DNA from: Micavibrio sp. UBA1664
GTDB lineage: Bacteria; Pseudomonadota; Alphaproteobacteria; Micavibrionales; UBA1664
Assembly (NCBI GenBank): GCA_002320485.1
Contig: DCKW01000067.1
Location: 1 to 39,063, forward strand
Length of the DNA: 39,063 nt
Direction of reading: 5' to 3'
The notes below the pieces were generated by a model. It was given only the letters and a program-made list of their open reading frames with translations, was not told the DNA's origin and did not search any database. Positions 9,826 through 18,499 of the stretch are shown here, in pieces. Position 1 is the first letter of the stretch; each line of letters starts with the position of its first letter. The translations under genes were made by a program, and so were the position numbers.

Positions 9826-10719
9826 CTAATTGTCCGAACGGACTACATCCAATATGAAATCACGGAATACCGCAATTCTTTTTGAATTTCGGCGTTGTTC
9901 GGGATAGACAAAAAACAAATCAGAAGGCGGCGGGGCATAATCCGTCATAATAATTTGAATGTGCGGATAGTCATTAATTATAAATTCAGGTAAACAGGCA
10001 ATCCCGGTATGGGTATTAACCAATTCGGCTATACCCCACATGGAATTAATCAATAAAGCCTTGTCATAGGTATATTTATCAATAGCGGCAAGATTGAAAA
10101 TCCAGTCTGTATGCTGATGAGGATAGTTTGTTTCGTTGGGATAGCCAATCAACCGGTGTTTTGTCAGATCTTTCGGTGTGCAGGGTATGCCGTGTGTATC
10201 AAGATAGTCTTTTGATGCGCATAAGTAGAATTGGAATTCGGCCAATTTTCTTTTGATCAAACTAGGCTGATCAGGTTCGAAAAACCTTAATGCGATATCG
10301 GCATCCCGCGCCGAAAGATCAAGCAGCCGATTTGTTAAAATGAAATTGAGGCGCAAGTCGGGATGGGCATCCTGAAAGGCGTTAACATGCCGCATAAGCC
10401 AGCTTCCGCCCAGAAAGCGCGGCGCGGTTATTTTCAATGATCCCGCCGCATTATTGTGCGAGTCCTGAATTTGGGTTTGAATAGCATCAAGGTTGCGATA
10501 AATGTCTTTTGTTTTGATGTAAAGAATGTCGCCTTGTTCTGTCAGGGTCAGGCCTCGTGCATGGCGATGAAACAAGGTGACGCCAAGTTGTTGTTCTAAA
10601 GAGGTAATCTGTCTGGAAAGAGCAGATTGGCTTAGGTTAAGGATGTCACTTGCCCCGGTAAGGCTTTTTGCCTCGGCTACTGCGTGAAAAATCCTTATTT
10701 TATCCCAATTCAGGCTCAT
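9826..10719 (-). CDS. LysR-family transcriptional regulator
   Basis: 297 aa. N-terminal wHTH (FHAVAEAKSLTGASDILNLSQSALSRQITSLEQQLGVTLFHR) plus a substrate-binding domain. Confidence 0.9.
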   Translation of the reverse strand: MSLNWDKIRIFHAVAEAKSLTGASDILNLSQSALSRQITSLEQQLGVTLFHRHARGLTLTEQGDILYIKTKDIYRNLDAIQTQIQDSHNNAAGSLKITAPRFLGGSWLMRHVNAFQDAHPDLRLNFILTNRLLDLSARDADIALRFFEPDQPSLIKRKLAEFQFYLCASKDYLDTHGIPCTPKDLTKHRLIGYPNETNYPHQHTDWIFNLAAIDKYTYDKALLINSMWGIAELVNTHTGIACLPEFIINDYPHIQIIMTDYAPPPSDLFFVYPEQRRNSKRIAVFRDFILDVVRSDN

Positions 10720-10759
10720 ATATCGTTATAGCGACACATATGCAACCTATGCAAGAGTA

Positions 10760-10774
10760 TTATAACCGTTATAA
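10760..10774. promoter_or_regulatory. Candidate LTTR box (T-N11-A dyad) upstream of the LysR gene
   Basis: TTATAAC-C-GTTATAA, a dyad with 7-bp arms, 41-55 nt upstream of the LysR ATG. GTTATA recurs at about 10723. Confidence 0.3.
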
Positions 10775-10777
10775 AAC

Positions 10778-11242
10778 TTAATCTGTCGATTGTTCCGAAG
10801 AATCCCGTTTTTTACGGCGCGGTCTTGTCGGTCTTTTTTCTGTTTTCTTCGGCTTTTCGTTATCGCCGTTGTCATCTTCTGTGTCGATCTGGTCTTCAAT
10901 ATCATCCTGATCATCGTTGGACGATTCAATCTCTATTTTCCTACGTTTACGCGTTTCCTTGATTTCGGCAACGGGCAGGATTTCAGAAAGTGGTTTTTGC
11001 GATTTCTTTTCTGTTTTGGATTTATGTTCGGGAATGGGTAAAGGTTTGGCGTTTGTAACCTTACGATCATTCATGGCAATATCGATTTCAAGACGTGACG
11101 TGACCTTTCGCAATTCGTGAACGGCCTCTAGGAGCGCTTCACGGGCATCGACATTTTTCAAATCCTTGTTCCATGCATCAAGGGATGACAAACATTTTGC
11201 CGCCGCTTCCTGTAATCTCATGGCTGTTTCTTCTGCGTTCAT
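10778..11242 (-). CDS. Hypothetical protein: helical N-domain plus highly charged disordered tail
   Basis: 154 aa. The ATG lies 5 nt after the guaC stop, with the SD GGAGAGAG inside the guaC 3' end. The C-terminal half has alternating K/E/D/R blocks. Confidence 0.6.
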   Translation of the reverse strand: MNAEETAMRLQEAAAKCLSSLDAWNKDLKNVDAREALLEAVHELRKVTSRLEIDIAMNDRKVTNAKPLPIPEHKSKTEKKSQKPLSEILPVAEIKETRKRRKIEIESSNDDQDDIEDQIDTEDDNGDNEKPKKTEKRPTRPRRKKRDSSEQSTD

Positions 11243-11247
11243 CGTGA

Positions 11248-12300
11248 TTAACTCTCTCCAAAAATATTATTGATCTGCTGCCCTACCATAATGAAGGTTG
11301 TGCGTTTTGACAATTCTTTCAATTGGCGCGCGCCCACATAGGTACAGGCGGATCGCAAACCGCCCAGAATGTCTTGTAGTGTGCGGTCTTTAACATCGCC
11401 GCGGTATTTAATGCGCACGGTTTTGCCTTCGCTGGCGCGATATTCCGCAACACCGCCGGAATGCCGTTCCATTGCCGTATCGCTACTCATTCCATAAAAA
11501 GTGCAGAATTTCTGGCCGTTCTCATCCTCAACAATTTTTCCTTCACATTGATCATGGCCTGCAAGCATGCCGCCCAACATGACAAAATCAGCCCCCGCAC
11601 CAAAAGCCTTTGCAATATCGCCCGGCACTGTACATCCTCCATCGGCGCAGACCAAGCCGCCAAGACCATGAGCGGCATCAGCACATTCTATTGTTGCGGA
11701 TAGTTGCGGATAGCCGACACCTGTCATTTTACGCGTGGTGCAAACGGAACCTGGGCCGATTCCGACCTTAACAATGTCTGCGCCGCATAAGATAAGTTCC
11801 TCGGTCATTTCGCCGGTTACAACATTGCCGGCCATGATTGTTTTGTCAGGGTAACGATCGCGCATGGATTTTACAAAATCGCTGAACCGTTCGGAATAGC
11901 CGTTGGCAACATCAATGCATAATTTATTAATTTTCTCACCTGGTAATTTATCCAAAACCTTTGCAAGCTTTTCGGAATCAGCGTCGGAAATACCCAATGA
12001 ATACCATGCGTTTTCGGACGCATCGGAATTGAAAAAATCGACCAGATCGTCAACAGAATAATGTTTTGTCAAGGCCGCGGTCAGGCCATCACCCTGCTGG
12101 GCAAATGCACGCGCCATGGATAAAGTCCCCACGCCGTCCATATTTGCCGCAATAAGGGGAATGCCTGTAAATGATTGACCGGACCATTTGAAATTATATG
12201 ATCGTTTGATTTCAACTTCGCTTCGTGAAGAAAGGGTTGACCGTTTCGGACGGATTAAAACATCCTTGAAATCAAGTTTAAGGTCTTGTTCTATACGCAT
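11248..12300 (-). CDS. guaC: GMP reductase
   Basis: 350 aa, near-colinear with E. coli GuaC as I recall it ([23 protein letters not shown]..., [19 protein letters not shown]). Confidence 0.93.
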   Translation of the reverse strand: MRIEQDLKLDFKDVLIRPKRSTLSSRSEVEIKRSYNFKWSGQSFTGIPLIAANMDGVGTLSMARAFAQQGDGLTAALTKHYSVDDLVDFFNSDASENAWYSLGISDADSEKLAKVLDKLPGEKINKLCIDVANGYSERFSDFVKSMRDRYPDKTIMAGNVVTGEMTEELILCGADIVKVGIGPGSVCTTRKMTGVGYPQLSATIECADAAHGLGGLVCADGGCTVPGDIAKAFGAGADFVMLGGMLAGHDQCEGKIVEDENGQKFCTFYGMSSDTAMERHSGGVAEYRASEGKTVRIKYRGDVKDRTLQDILGGLRSACTYVGARQLKELSKRTTFIMVGQQINNIFGES

Positions 12301-12387
12301 TGTTTTCTGTCTTTTTTATCTCTATAGTTTGAAGTCGTTCGCACTATACGGATTTTCGAACCAAAAGACAAAGGGAAAGAGATTTTT

Positions 12388-13404
12388 ATGCAAGCCATCA
12401 CAATCATGCTGGGCGCGGCCTTTTTATGGAGTCTCTATCCGCTTATGATCGCCTACTCTGACGGTCGTATCGGCGGTGCATTAATGGTATTTATCATCCA
12501 TATTTCCTGCGGTATATCTGCGGCATTGTTCGCCTTTATAAAGGTTAGAGATCGCGCCAATTCATGGAAAAACATTGTTGCGGTAACAAAAACGCTACAA
12601 TTCGAACACTGGATGTATCTGATGCTGATTGGTCTTGCATCTACATTATATAATTTTTGTTTCATTTATGCGATGGAGGTCGGCTCCAAGATCGGGTCGG
12701 CCATTATCATAGAAGGATGGCCGATTATTGCAATCTTTCTGGCCCCATTATTAGTGACCAAAAGTTGGAAAAAAGTGACGGTATTCGATGTTGTTGCCGC
12801 TTTCGTCGCATTGGGCGGCGTTGCCCTGATTATGATTGAGGACAGTAAAAATATCAGCAATATATTTGCAACTGATGCAGGCTTGCCAACAAATATTATT
12901 ATAGGCTCTGCCGCAGCCCTTATGGGAAGTTTGTCTTTAGCGGCTTCGGTGGTGTTGAGCAGCGAGGTTTCCAATCGCTTGTCGAAGTATGTTTTAAAAG
13001 AGAAAAAACATAGCTTGGCTTGTGCTTTTATCGGGGAAACAATTCGTAGAATTGTCGCCTTACCGTCCTCTGCCATATTATTGTTTGCCTTCGCTGAGGA
13101 TATGTATACCGATTCAGCGGGTATCGCACTGTCCGTCATCATAGGAGTTGTGATCTTCTGTATAGGATCGGCGGCGGTTACACTGGCCTTGTTACGCTCA
13201 TCGTCCTCTACGATCAATATGTTATATTATGCCAGCCCGATTCTGGCGGTTGTGTGGCTGTATCTGGCAGGACTTGGCACAGTTACGCCATTAATCGTGG
13301 CTGGGGGATGTATGGTTGTAATGGCAAATATTCTGACTATTCACAAAAATAAAAAATACCATCTTGAGCCGGAGATACGGACTACTCCGGAAAAATCACT
13401 ATAA
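12388..13404 (+). CDS. DMT-superfamily (EamA-like) roughly 10-TMS transporter, paralog 1
   Basis: 338 aa polytopic protein. Shares LYNFCFIYAM...S(K)xG(S/V)A(I/V)IIE with the next gene. Confidence 0.65.
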   Translation: MQAITIMLGAAFLWSLYPLMIAYSDGRIGGALMVFIIHISCGISAALFAFIKVRDRANSWKNIVAVTKTLQFEHWMYLMLIGLASTLYNFCFIYAMEVGSKIGSAIIIEGWPIIAIFLAPLLVTKSWKKVTVFDVVAAFVALGGVALIMIEDSKNISNIFATDAGLPTNIIIGSAAALMGSLSLAASVVLSSEVSNRLSKYVLKEKKHSLACAFIGETIRRIVALPSSAILLFAFAEDMYTDSAGIALSVIIGVVIFCIGSAAVTLALLRSSSSTINMLYYASPILAVVWLYLAGLGTVTPLIVAGGCMVVMANILTIHKNKKYHLEPEIRTTPEKSL

Positions 13405-13416
13405 AAAGGCATATTC

Positions 13417-14457
13417 ATGAATAAAACAGCACTTTCATATAAAATGATATCGGTTTTCGTTTGGGCGCTATACCCGGTCTTTATTGCATTGGGCGCCAGC
13501 GAAGGCGCGCTTGGATGGTTTATTGTTATTGTTCACGGATCGGCTGCCTTGGGAGCGTTTCTATGTGGTTACCTTAGCTTGAAACCGGAAACTGCAAACG
13601 CAACGTTGCGAACACTTTTCAATCATATAAAAACGCTCGATTTTGATAAATGGATTTTTATATTTGCCGCAGGGTTTTGTTCGACATTATATAATTTGTG
13701 TTTTTTATATGCGATGTTACTGACATCCAAAGCAGGCGTGGCCGTTATCATTGAAACAGCGCCTGTCTATGCAATGTTGTTAACCTCGGTTGTCGTAACC
13801 AGAAATTGGGAAAGTTTAGGGCTGCGCCATGCCCTGATCAGTGCGGTTATTCTGATGGGGGTGGCCTTGGTAGTGTTAGCGGATCAAAACGACATTACCC
13901 TTTTATTTACCGATTATAACAATTATATCCAGTCGGCGGATTTCATGTCACTGGTCGGATGTTTTGTCGCCTTCATTGGCAGTATCATGTCTGCCCTGTC
14001 CGATTTAATGCGCGCGCAGGCAGGAAATGTTACAATCAGGTATATTCCGGAGGGAAGCGCAAGATACGATCACGAATTAACCGGAATTATGTTTGGCGAG
14101 GCCATTGTGCGGATATTTGCCATCCCGATGGCTCTATTGGTTTTAATGATGTTTAGTGATGTATCAACATTTTCGGGTGTCGACGCAGTCTATGCTTTTT
14201 TGGCAGGGTTTATCATTTTTAATTTCGGATCAATTACTTATGCTGCGGCACTATTGAAATCAACCAATCCCGCAATTGCCCTGTTTGATTATCTGTCACC
14301 GCCTATATCGATTATCTTACTTGTTTTATTAGGGCTTTCGACCTTGCATACATATTTAATTGCCGGCACGGTGCTGGTGATTTTAGGTAATCTACTACTT
14401 TATCTTTTTGACAGAAAGAAGGTTATCAAGCATTCGGAAACGGCCTTGCATCCATAG
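13417..14457 (+). CDS. DMT-superfamily (EamA-like) roughly 10-TMS transporter, paralog 2
   Basis: 346 aa, same architecture and shared motifs (LYNLCFLYAM...SKAGVAVIIE). Starts 12 nt after paralog 1. Confidence 0.65.
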   Translation: MNKTALSYKMISVFVWALYPVFIALGASEGALGWFIVIVHGSAALGAFLCGYLSLKPETANATLRTLFNHIKTLDFDKWIFIFAAGFCSTLYNLCFLYAMLLTSKAGVAVIIETAPVYAMLLTSVVVTRNWESLGLRHALISAVILMGVALVVLADQNDITLLFTDYNNYIQSADFMSLVGCFVAFIGSIMSALSDLMRAQAGNVTIRYIPEGSARYDHELTGIMFGEAIVRIFAIPMALLVLMMFSDVSTFSGVDAVYAFLAGFIIFNFGSITYAAALLKSTNPAIALFDYLSPPISIILLVLLGLSTLHTYLIAGTVLVILGNLLLYLFDRKKVIKHSETALHP

Positions 14458-14460
14458 AGG

Positions 14461-14643
14461 TTATTTAAACAAGGCTTCTGCTGCCGCGTTATGGGAGATG
14501 AGCTTGTCCTTTTCCTGTTTTACGCGTGAAATCTCGGCGTTTAACTGATCAATATAATGATCCAGTTCTGTGACACTCATACCTTCGAGTTTCATACCAA
14601 TATGCAGCCCGAGGTTAATTTTGCGGCCATCTTCATCAAACAT
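14461..14643 (-). CDS. DUF1192-type small coiled-coil protein
   Basis: 60 aa. LEGMSVTELDHYIDQLNAEISRVKQEKDK is the typical alphaproteobacterial DUF1192 pattern. Confidence 0.7.
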   Translation of the reverse strand: MFDEDGRKINLGLHIGMKLEGMSVTELDHYIDQLNAEISRVKQEKDKLISHNAAAEALFK

Positions 14644-14788
14644 GTCGGAAAATCCTTTCTTTTTTAAATTTTTTACTCTATAACAATTGATATTCCCGAT
14701 AGTGAAGTCAATCTTTATATCGCGGTGCAGGGGACTAAACCCCCTTGCGTTGATACAACGGTTTTATGTGACGAAGGAGTCTTAAGGT

Positions 14789-15439
14789 ATGGCACAAAAC
14801 GCCCCACTTATGCCAAAACAGGTTGCTGTATGGCTGATTGAAAATACAATGTTAACGTTTGACCAGATTGCGGATTTTTGTCATTTGCATTCATTGGAGG
14901 TTCAAACGCTTGCCGATGAGGAAGGTTTGCGAATTGCAGGTCAAAATCCGATGAATACGGGTGAGCTTACAAAAGAAGAAATCACACGCTGCGAGGGTGA
15001 TGCCAATGCGCGTTTGAAAATATCTAAATCCGATTTGCCGGAGCCTTTGATGCGTTCGAAAGGGCCGCGTTACACGCCCGTTTCAAAACGTGGTGATAAA
15101 CCCGATGCCATCGCATGGTTGCTCAAGCATCATCCGGAGTTGGCAGATTCTCAAATTGTCAAATTAATCGGAACAACGAAAAACACCATTAACAATATTC
15201 GTAATAAAACCCATGCGAATATGATCAATATCAAGCCGCGTTCACCGATTGAATTAGGACTGTGTCGTTACGACGAGTTGGATGCTGCCGTTACAAAAGC
15301 ACGTAAAAAACTTGAAAAAGAAGGAAAATCCTTACCGCAATCCGAAGCTCAAATTGAAGCGGACATGGAAAATAACGCGGATACAAACAAGGGCGGTTTC
15401 GACTTTTCAAACTTTTTGGGAACCGGCACTAACGACTAA
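14789..15439 (+). CDS. DUF1013 family protein (TrcR-like cell-cycle regulator family)
   Basis: 216 aa. PLMPKQVAVWLIENTMLTFDQIADFCHLHSLEVQ..., IRNKTH. Divergent from DUF1192, as is common in Alphaproteobacteria. Confidence 0.75.
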   Translation: MAQNAPLMPKQVAVWLIENTMLTFDQIADFCHLHSLEVQTLADEEGLRIAGQNPMNTGELTKEEITRCEGDANARLKISKSDLPEPLMRSKGPRYTPVSKRGDKPDAIAWLLKHHPELADSQIVKLIGTTKNTINNIRNKTHANMINIKPRSPIELGLCRYDELDAAVTKARKKLEKEGKSLPQSEAQIEADMENNADTNKGGFDFSNFLGTGTND

Positions 15440-15466
15440 ATTGATAAAGTTTAAAAAACCAATACA

Positions 15467-15491
15467 AAACCCGCTGTTAAGGCGGGTTTTT
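15467..15491 (+). terminator. Intrinsic terminator
   Basis: AAACCCGC-loop-GCGGGTTT followed by a T-run. Confidence 0.75.
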
Positions 15492-15511
15492 CATGCGTTG
15501 CAATAGCGCAT

Positions 15512-15520
15512 ATGCAGCAT
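15512..15520. repeat. 9-bp palindrome ATGC-A-GCAT, copy 1
   Basis: Exact ATGCAGCAT. A second exact copy lies 79 bp downstream inside the AT-rich spacer. Confidence 0.6.
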
Positions 15521-15590
15521 GATCATATTTCTATTTCAATATCCTGATATCATTACATAATTTATATTTATCTAAAATTTTACGAACGTA

Positions 15591-15599
15591 ATGCAGCAT
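15591..15599. repeat. 9-bp palindrome ATGC-A-GCAT, copy 2
   Basis: Exact ATGCAGCAT. Confidence 0.6.
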
Positions 15600-15705
15600 A
15601 TATTTATGAAAATATATTATATAACTTACTGATTTGTATAGTATAATAAAGGTATAGACCTTCTCATTGTGGGAAGGTGTTGAGAGTAACAAAGGAGGCT
15701 TACTC

Positions 15706-16062
15706 ATGTTGCAAAAAATTACAGATACGACAAAAACACACGACCTCATGGGGTCAATCTGGTTTTTCGTCGGAATGTCCGTCATTCTGCTCGGGATTAC
15801 CACGCTGATGGGAAATGTGTTAGGCACAATAGGTGTCGGAAGCGAAGTGATTGGCGGCCTGTTCGGGGGCGTTGGTTTAACGACAATCATCGGAACATTG
15901 TTTGTTCTGGTATCAGGAGGATCGATTGTTCATCATAAAAAACTCGGTGGCGACCTCATATCAGTCGTTGTCTTGTTAACCGCCGTTTACCTGTCGTTTA
16001 CGACGAGTGTTTTCCTCGGATTATTGCTTGTATCATACCTTACAATGGTAAAAAGCAAGTAG
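15706..16062 (+). CDS. Small (118 aa) glycine-rich multi-pass membrane protein, function unknown
   Basis: Strong SD AAAGGAGG 7 nt before ATG 15706, preferred over the TTG at 15667. Three to four hydrophobic segments with a GxxxG-rich stretch GTIGVGSEVIGGLFGGVGL. Own terminator downstream. Confidence 0.6.
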   Translation: MLQKITDTTKTHDLMGSIWFFVGMSVILLGITTLMGNVLGTIGVGSEVIGGLFGGVGLTTIIGTLFVLVSGGSIVHHKKLGGDLISVVVLLTAVYLSFTTSVFLGLLLVSYLTMVKSK

Positions 16063-16083
16063 TTTAAGCCCATATAGTTAAGA

Positions 16084-16109
16084 AAGGCCGATGAAAATCG
16101 GCCTTTTTT
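16084..16109 (+). terminator. Intrinsic terminator
   Basis: AAGGCCGAT-GAAA-ATCGGCCTT followed by TTTT. Confidence 0.8.
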
Positions 16110-16145
16110 ATTGCGGATTTTGAAACTTCTGCGACAATACTATCC

Positions 16146-16601
16146 GTGAATAGTGATAACAAAATTATTATCGGACGGCAGGAATATTGTGCGCTTCCTT
16201 TATTGGGATTGGATAATGTGCCGGCCAGAATCGATTCAGGGGCAAAAACATCCGCCCTTCATGCCTATAATATCGAGGTATCGAAAGATGATGACGGGCA
16301 AGAACATATTACCTTTAACACCCACCCTGAAAACCGCCGACGCAAGGACGCACCGTTAATTACCTTGCCGATTGTTGATAAACGCCACATTACCAGTTCC
16401 AACGGTATACGTGAGGAGCGCTACATCGTGCGGATGATGATTTCATTGGGCGGTAAAACACTTGAAACCGATTTTACGCTGACTTCGCGGCATAAAATGT
16501 CTTTTCCCGTTTTAATAGGACGAAATACCCTGATAAAGGGCGGTTTTTTGATTGATGTATCGCGCGGATATATATTAAAGAAGAACAAACAGGCTTTATA
16601 A
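16146..16601 (+). CDS. RimB-like retropepsin-fold protease (family annotated 'ATP-dependent zinc protease', DUF785)
   Basis: 151 aa, GTG start. IGRQEYCALPLLG...ARIDSGAKTSALHA (D-S-G-A aspartic-protease signature). Immediately upstream of rimK. Confidence 0.75.
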   Translation: MNSDNKIIIGRQEYCALPLLGLDNVPARIDSGAKTSALHAYNIEVSKDDDGQEHITFNTHPENRRRKDAPLITLPIVDKRHITSSNGIREERYIVRMMISLGGKTLETDFTLTSRHKMSFPVLIGRNTLIKGGFLIDVSRGYILKKNKQAL

Positions 16602-16649
16602 ACGTTAGCCTTTCATAATAATAAATAATAACAAGAAAGATTCTACTAT

Positions 16650-17549
16650 ATGCGCATTGCTTTGCTGGCCTCCAATCCCAAACTTTATTCTAATCGCCGC
16701 ATAATGGAGGCGGCCCGCGAGCGGGGCCATGATATAGAGTTTGTAGCCATTAAAAACTGTTATATGGATATTACGGCCAGTAATCCCGAAATACATTATC
16801 GTGGCGGCGAAATATTGGAGCAATATGATGCGGTAATACCGCGTATACGTCCCTCATCAACATACTATGGAACGGCGGTTTTAAGACAATTCGCAGCGCA
16901 GGGGAGTTATTGCCTGAATGGACCTGTGGCAATCGGACGGTCACGGGATAAACTGCGCACGCTTCAGATTTTGAGCGGTAAGGGCATTAATATTCCTAAA
17001 ACCGGTTTTGCCGACAGCCCGCAAGACACAAAAGATCTGATAAAAATGGTCGGTGGGGCACCGTTAATAGTTAAATTGCTGGAGGGAACGCAGGGCATCG
17101 GCGTTGTCTTGGCAGAAACAAACAAGGCGGCGGAATCGGTTATCAATGCCTTTAAATCAATGAAGGCGCAAATTCTGGTGCAGGAATTTATCAAGGAAGC
17201 AAAAGGGTCGGATTTCCGCCTGTTCGTCATCGGTGATAAGGTGGTCGGCGCCATGGAAAGGCGTGCCGCGGAAGGGGAGTTTCGTGCGAATATCCATATG
17301 GGCGGAACAGGCCACAAGGCCAAAATTACCCCTGAAGAAAGGCGAATGGCGGTAGCGGCAGCAAAAGCCATGGAATTACGTGTGGCGGGGGTGGATATTA
17401 TCCGTTCCGAGAGCGGCCCCATGATTTTGGAAATTAATTCCTCGCCCGGATTGGAAGGTATCGAGGGCGCAACAAAGATTGACTTGGCAACATTAATGAT
17501 CGACCATATTGAAAAGAATATTAAAAAGAAAACAAAGGTCAGCAGTTAA
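16650..17549 (+). CDS. rimK: RimK, ATP-grasp alpha-L-glutamate ligase (ribosomal protein S6 modification)
   Basis: 299 aa. [22 protein letters not shown]..., ATP-grasp motifs ([27 protein letters not shown]). Confidence 0.9.
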   Translation: MRIALLASNPKLYSNRRIMEAARERGHDIEFVAIKNCYMDITASNPEIHYRGGEILEQYDAVIPRIRPSSTYYGTAVLRQFAAQGSYCLNGPVAIGRSRDKLRTLQILSGKGINIPKTGFADSPQDTKDLIKMVGGAPLIVKLLEGTQGIGVVLAETNKAAESVINAFKSMKAQILVQEFIKEAKGSDFRLFVIGDKVVGAMERRAAEGEFRANIHMGGTGHKAKITPEERRMAVAAAKAMELRVAGVDIIRSESGPMILEINSSPGLEGIEGATKIDLATLMIDHIEKNIKKKTKVSS

Positions 17550-18499
17550 TGGAATTTGCCGGTATTTCGGTTGAAAAGGGCGAGCGCAAAATAGTTAATA
17601 TAGAAATCGCCCGTTTATATGATAATACAACGATGATATTGCCTTTTGAGGTAATCCGTGGACGTGAGGACGGACCGGTTGTTTTTATTTCTTCGGCATT
17701 GCACGGGGATGAACTCAACGGGACAGAAACTATCCGCCGATTACTGGAAATGGATATTTTTGAACACATGAAAGGGACAATCATTGCCGTTCCAATCGTC
17801 AATGTGTATGGCTTTAATACAAAATCCCGTTATTTGCCCGATCGCCGTGACTTGAACCGGTCTTTTCCGGGGGGACCGGAAGGCTCGCTAGCATCGCAAC
17901 TGGCGCATGTCTTTACCACTGAAATCGTTGATAAATGTACGCATGGAATCGATTTGCATACGGGAGCTGTTAATCGTTCCAACCTCCCGCAAATCAGGGC
18001 ATGTTTTGACGCCGGCGACATTGTACAAGCCATGGCAAAAGATTTCGGCGCGCCGGTTACAATGGATGAACCTTTGCGCGAAGGATCTCTCAGAGAATAT
18101 TGTTATTCAAAGAATATTCCTGTCATTTTATATGAAGGCGGCGAGGCTTTACGGTATAGCGAAAAAGCAATCACCTATGCGCTGGATGGCATTATAAATG
18201 TAATGACAGGTCTCGGCATGATTGAGAAGCTGAAATCTTCCCATGTGCAAAGTAATGATACGCGTCGAATGATTGCCGCAAGCCACTGGATTCGCGCACC
18301 GCAAAGCGGCTTGCTTGTCTCTGACAAAAAACTGGGCGATATGGTAGAGGAGGGCGACGTTCTGGGGCACATGACAGATGCTTTTAATCATGAACGTGCA
18401 GCAATTATCTGCTCAGCAAAAGGAATTATCATCGGTGCAACAACCACACCTCTCCTCAATCAAGGGGATGCGACCTATCATATTGCATATTACGGTTAA
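17549..18499 (+). CDS. Succinylglutamate desuccinylase/aspartoacylase-family (M14-like) zinc hydrolase
   Basis: 316 aa. Zn motif ALHGDELNG (HxxE), DLNRSFPG, and a second His in IDLHTG. The ATG overlaps the rimK stop (TAATG). Confidence 0.78.
   Translation: MEFAGISVEKGERKIVNIEIARLYDNTTMILPFEVIRGREDGPVVFISSALHGDELNGTETIRRLLEMDIFEHMKGTIIAVPIVNVYGFNTKSRYLPDRRDLNRSFPGGPEGSLASQLAHVFTTEIVDKCTHGIDLHTGAVNRSNLPQIRACFDAGDIVQAMAKDFGAPVTMDEPLREGSLREYCYSKNIPVILYEGGEALRYSEKAITYALDGIINVMTGLGMIEKLKSSHVQSNDTRRMIAASHWIRAPQSGLLVSDKKLGDMVEEGDVLGHMTDAFNHERAAIICSAKGIIIGATTTPLLNQGDATYHIAYYG

Noticed and set aside
15500-15665. The AT-rich block as a replication origin or DnaA-box cluster.
   Set aside because: I found no TTATCCACA-like boxes in it. 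The only near-match, TAATCCACA, is isolated at about 8373-8381 on the minus strand. No hemE, dnaA, parAB or other origin-linked genes are nearby.
15531-15890. 119-aa minus-strand ORF spanning the AT-rich spacer and the 5' half of the small membrane-protein gene.
   Set aside because: It runs antisense to an ORF with a near-perfect SD. It has a long tail encoded by AT-rich non-coding-looking DNA (YIIYFHKYMLHYVRKILDKYK) and no SD.
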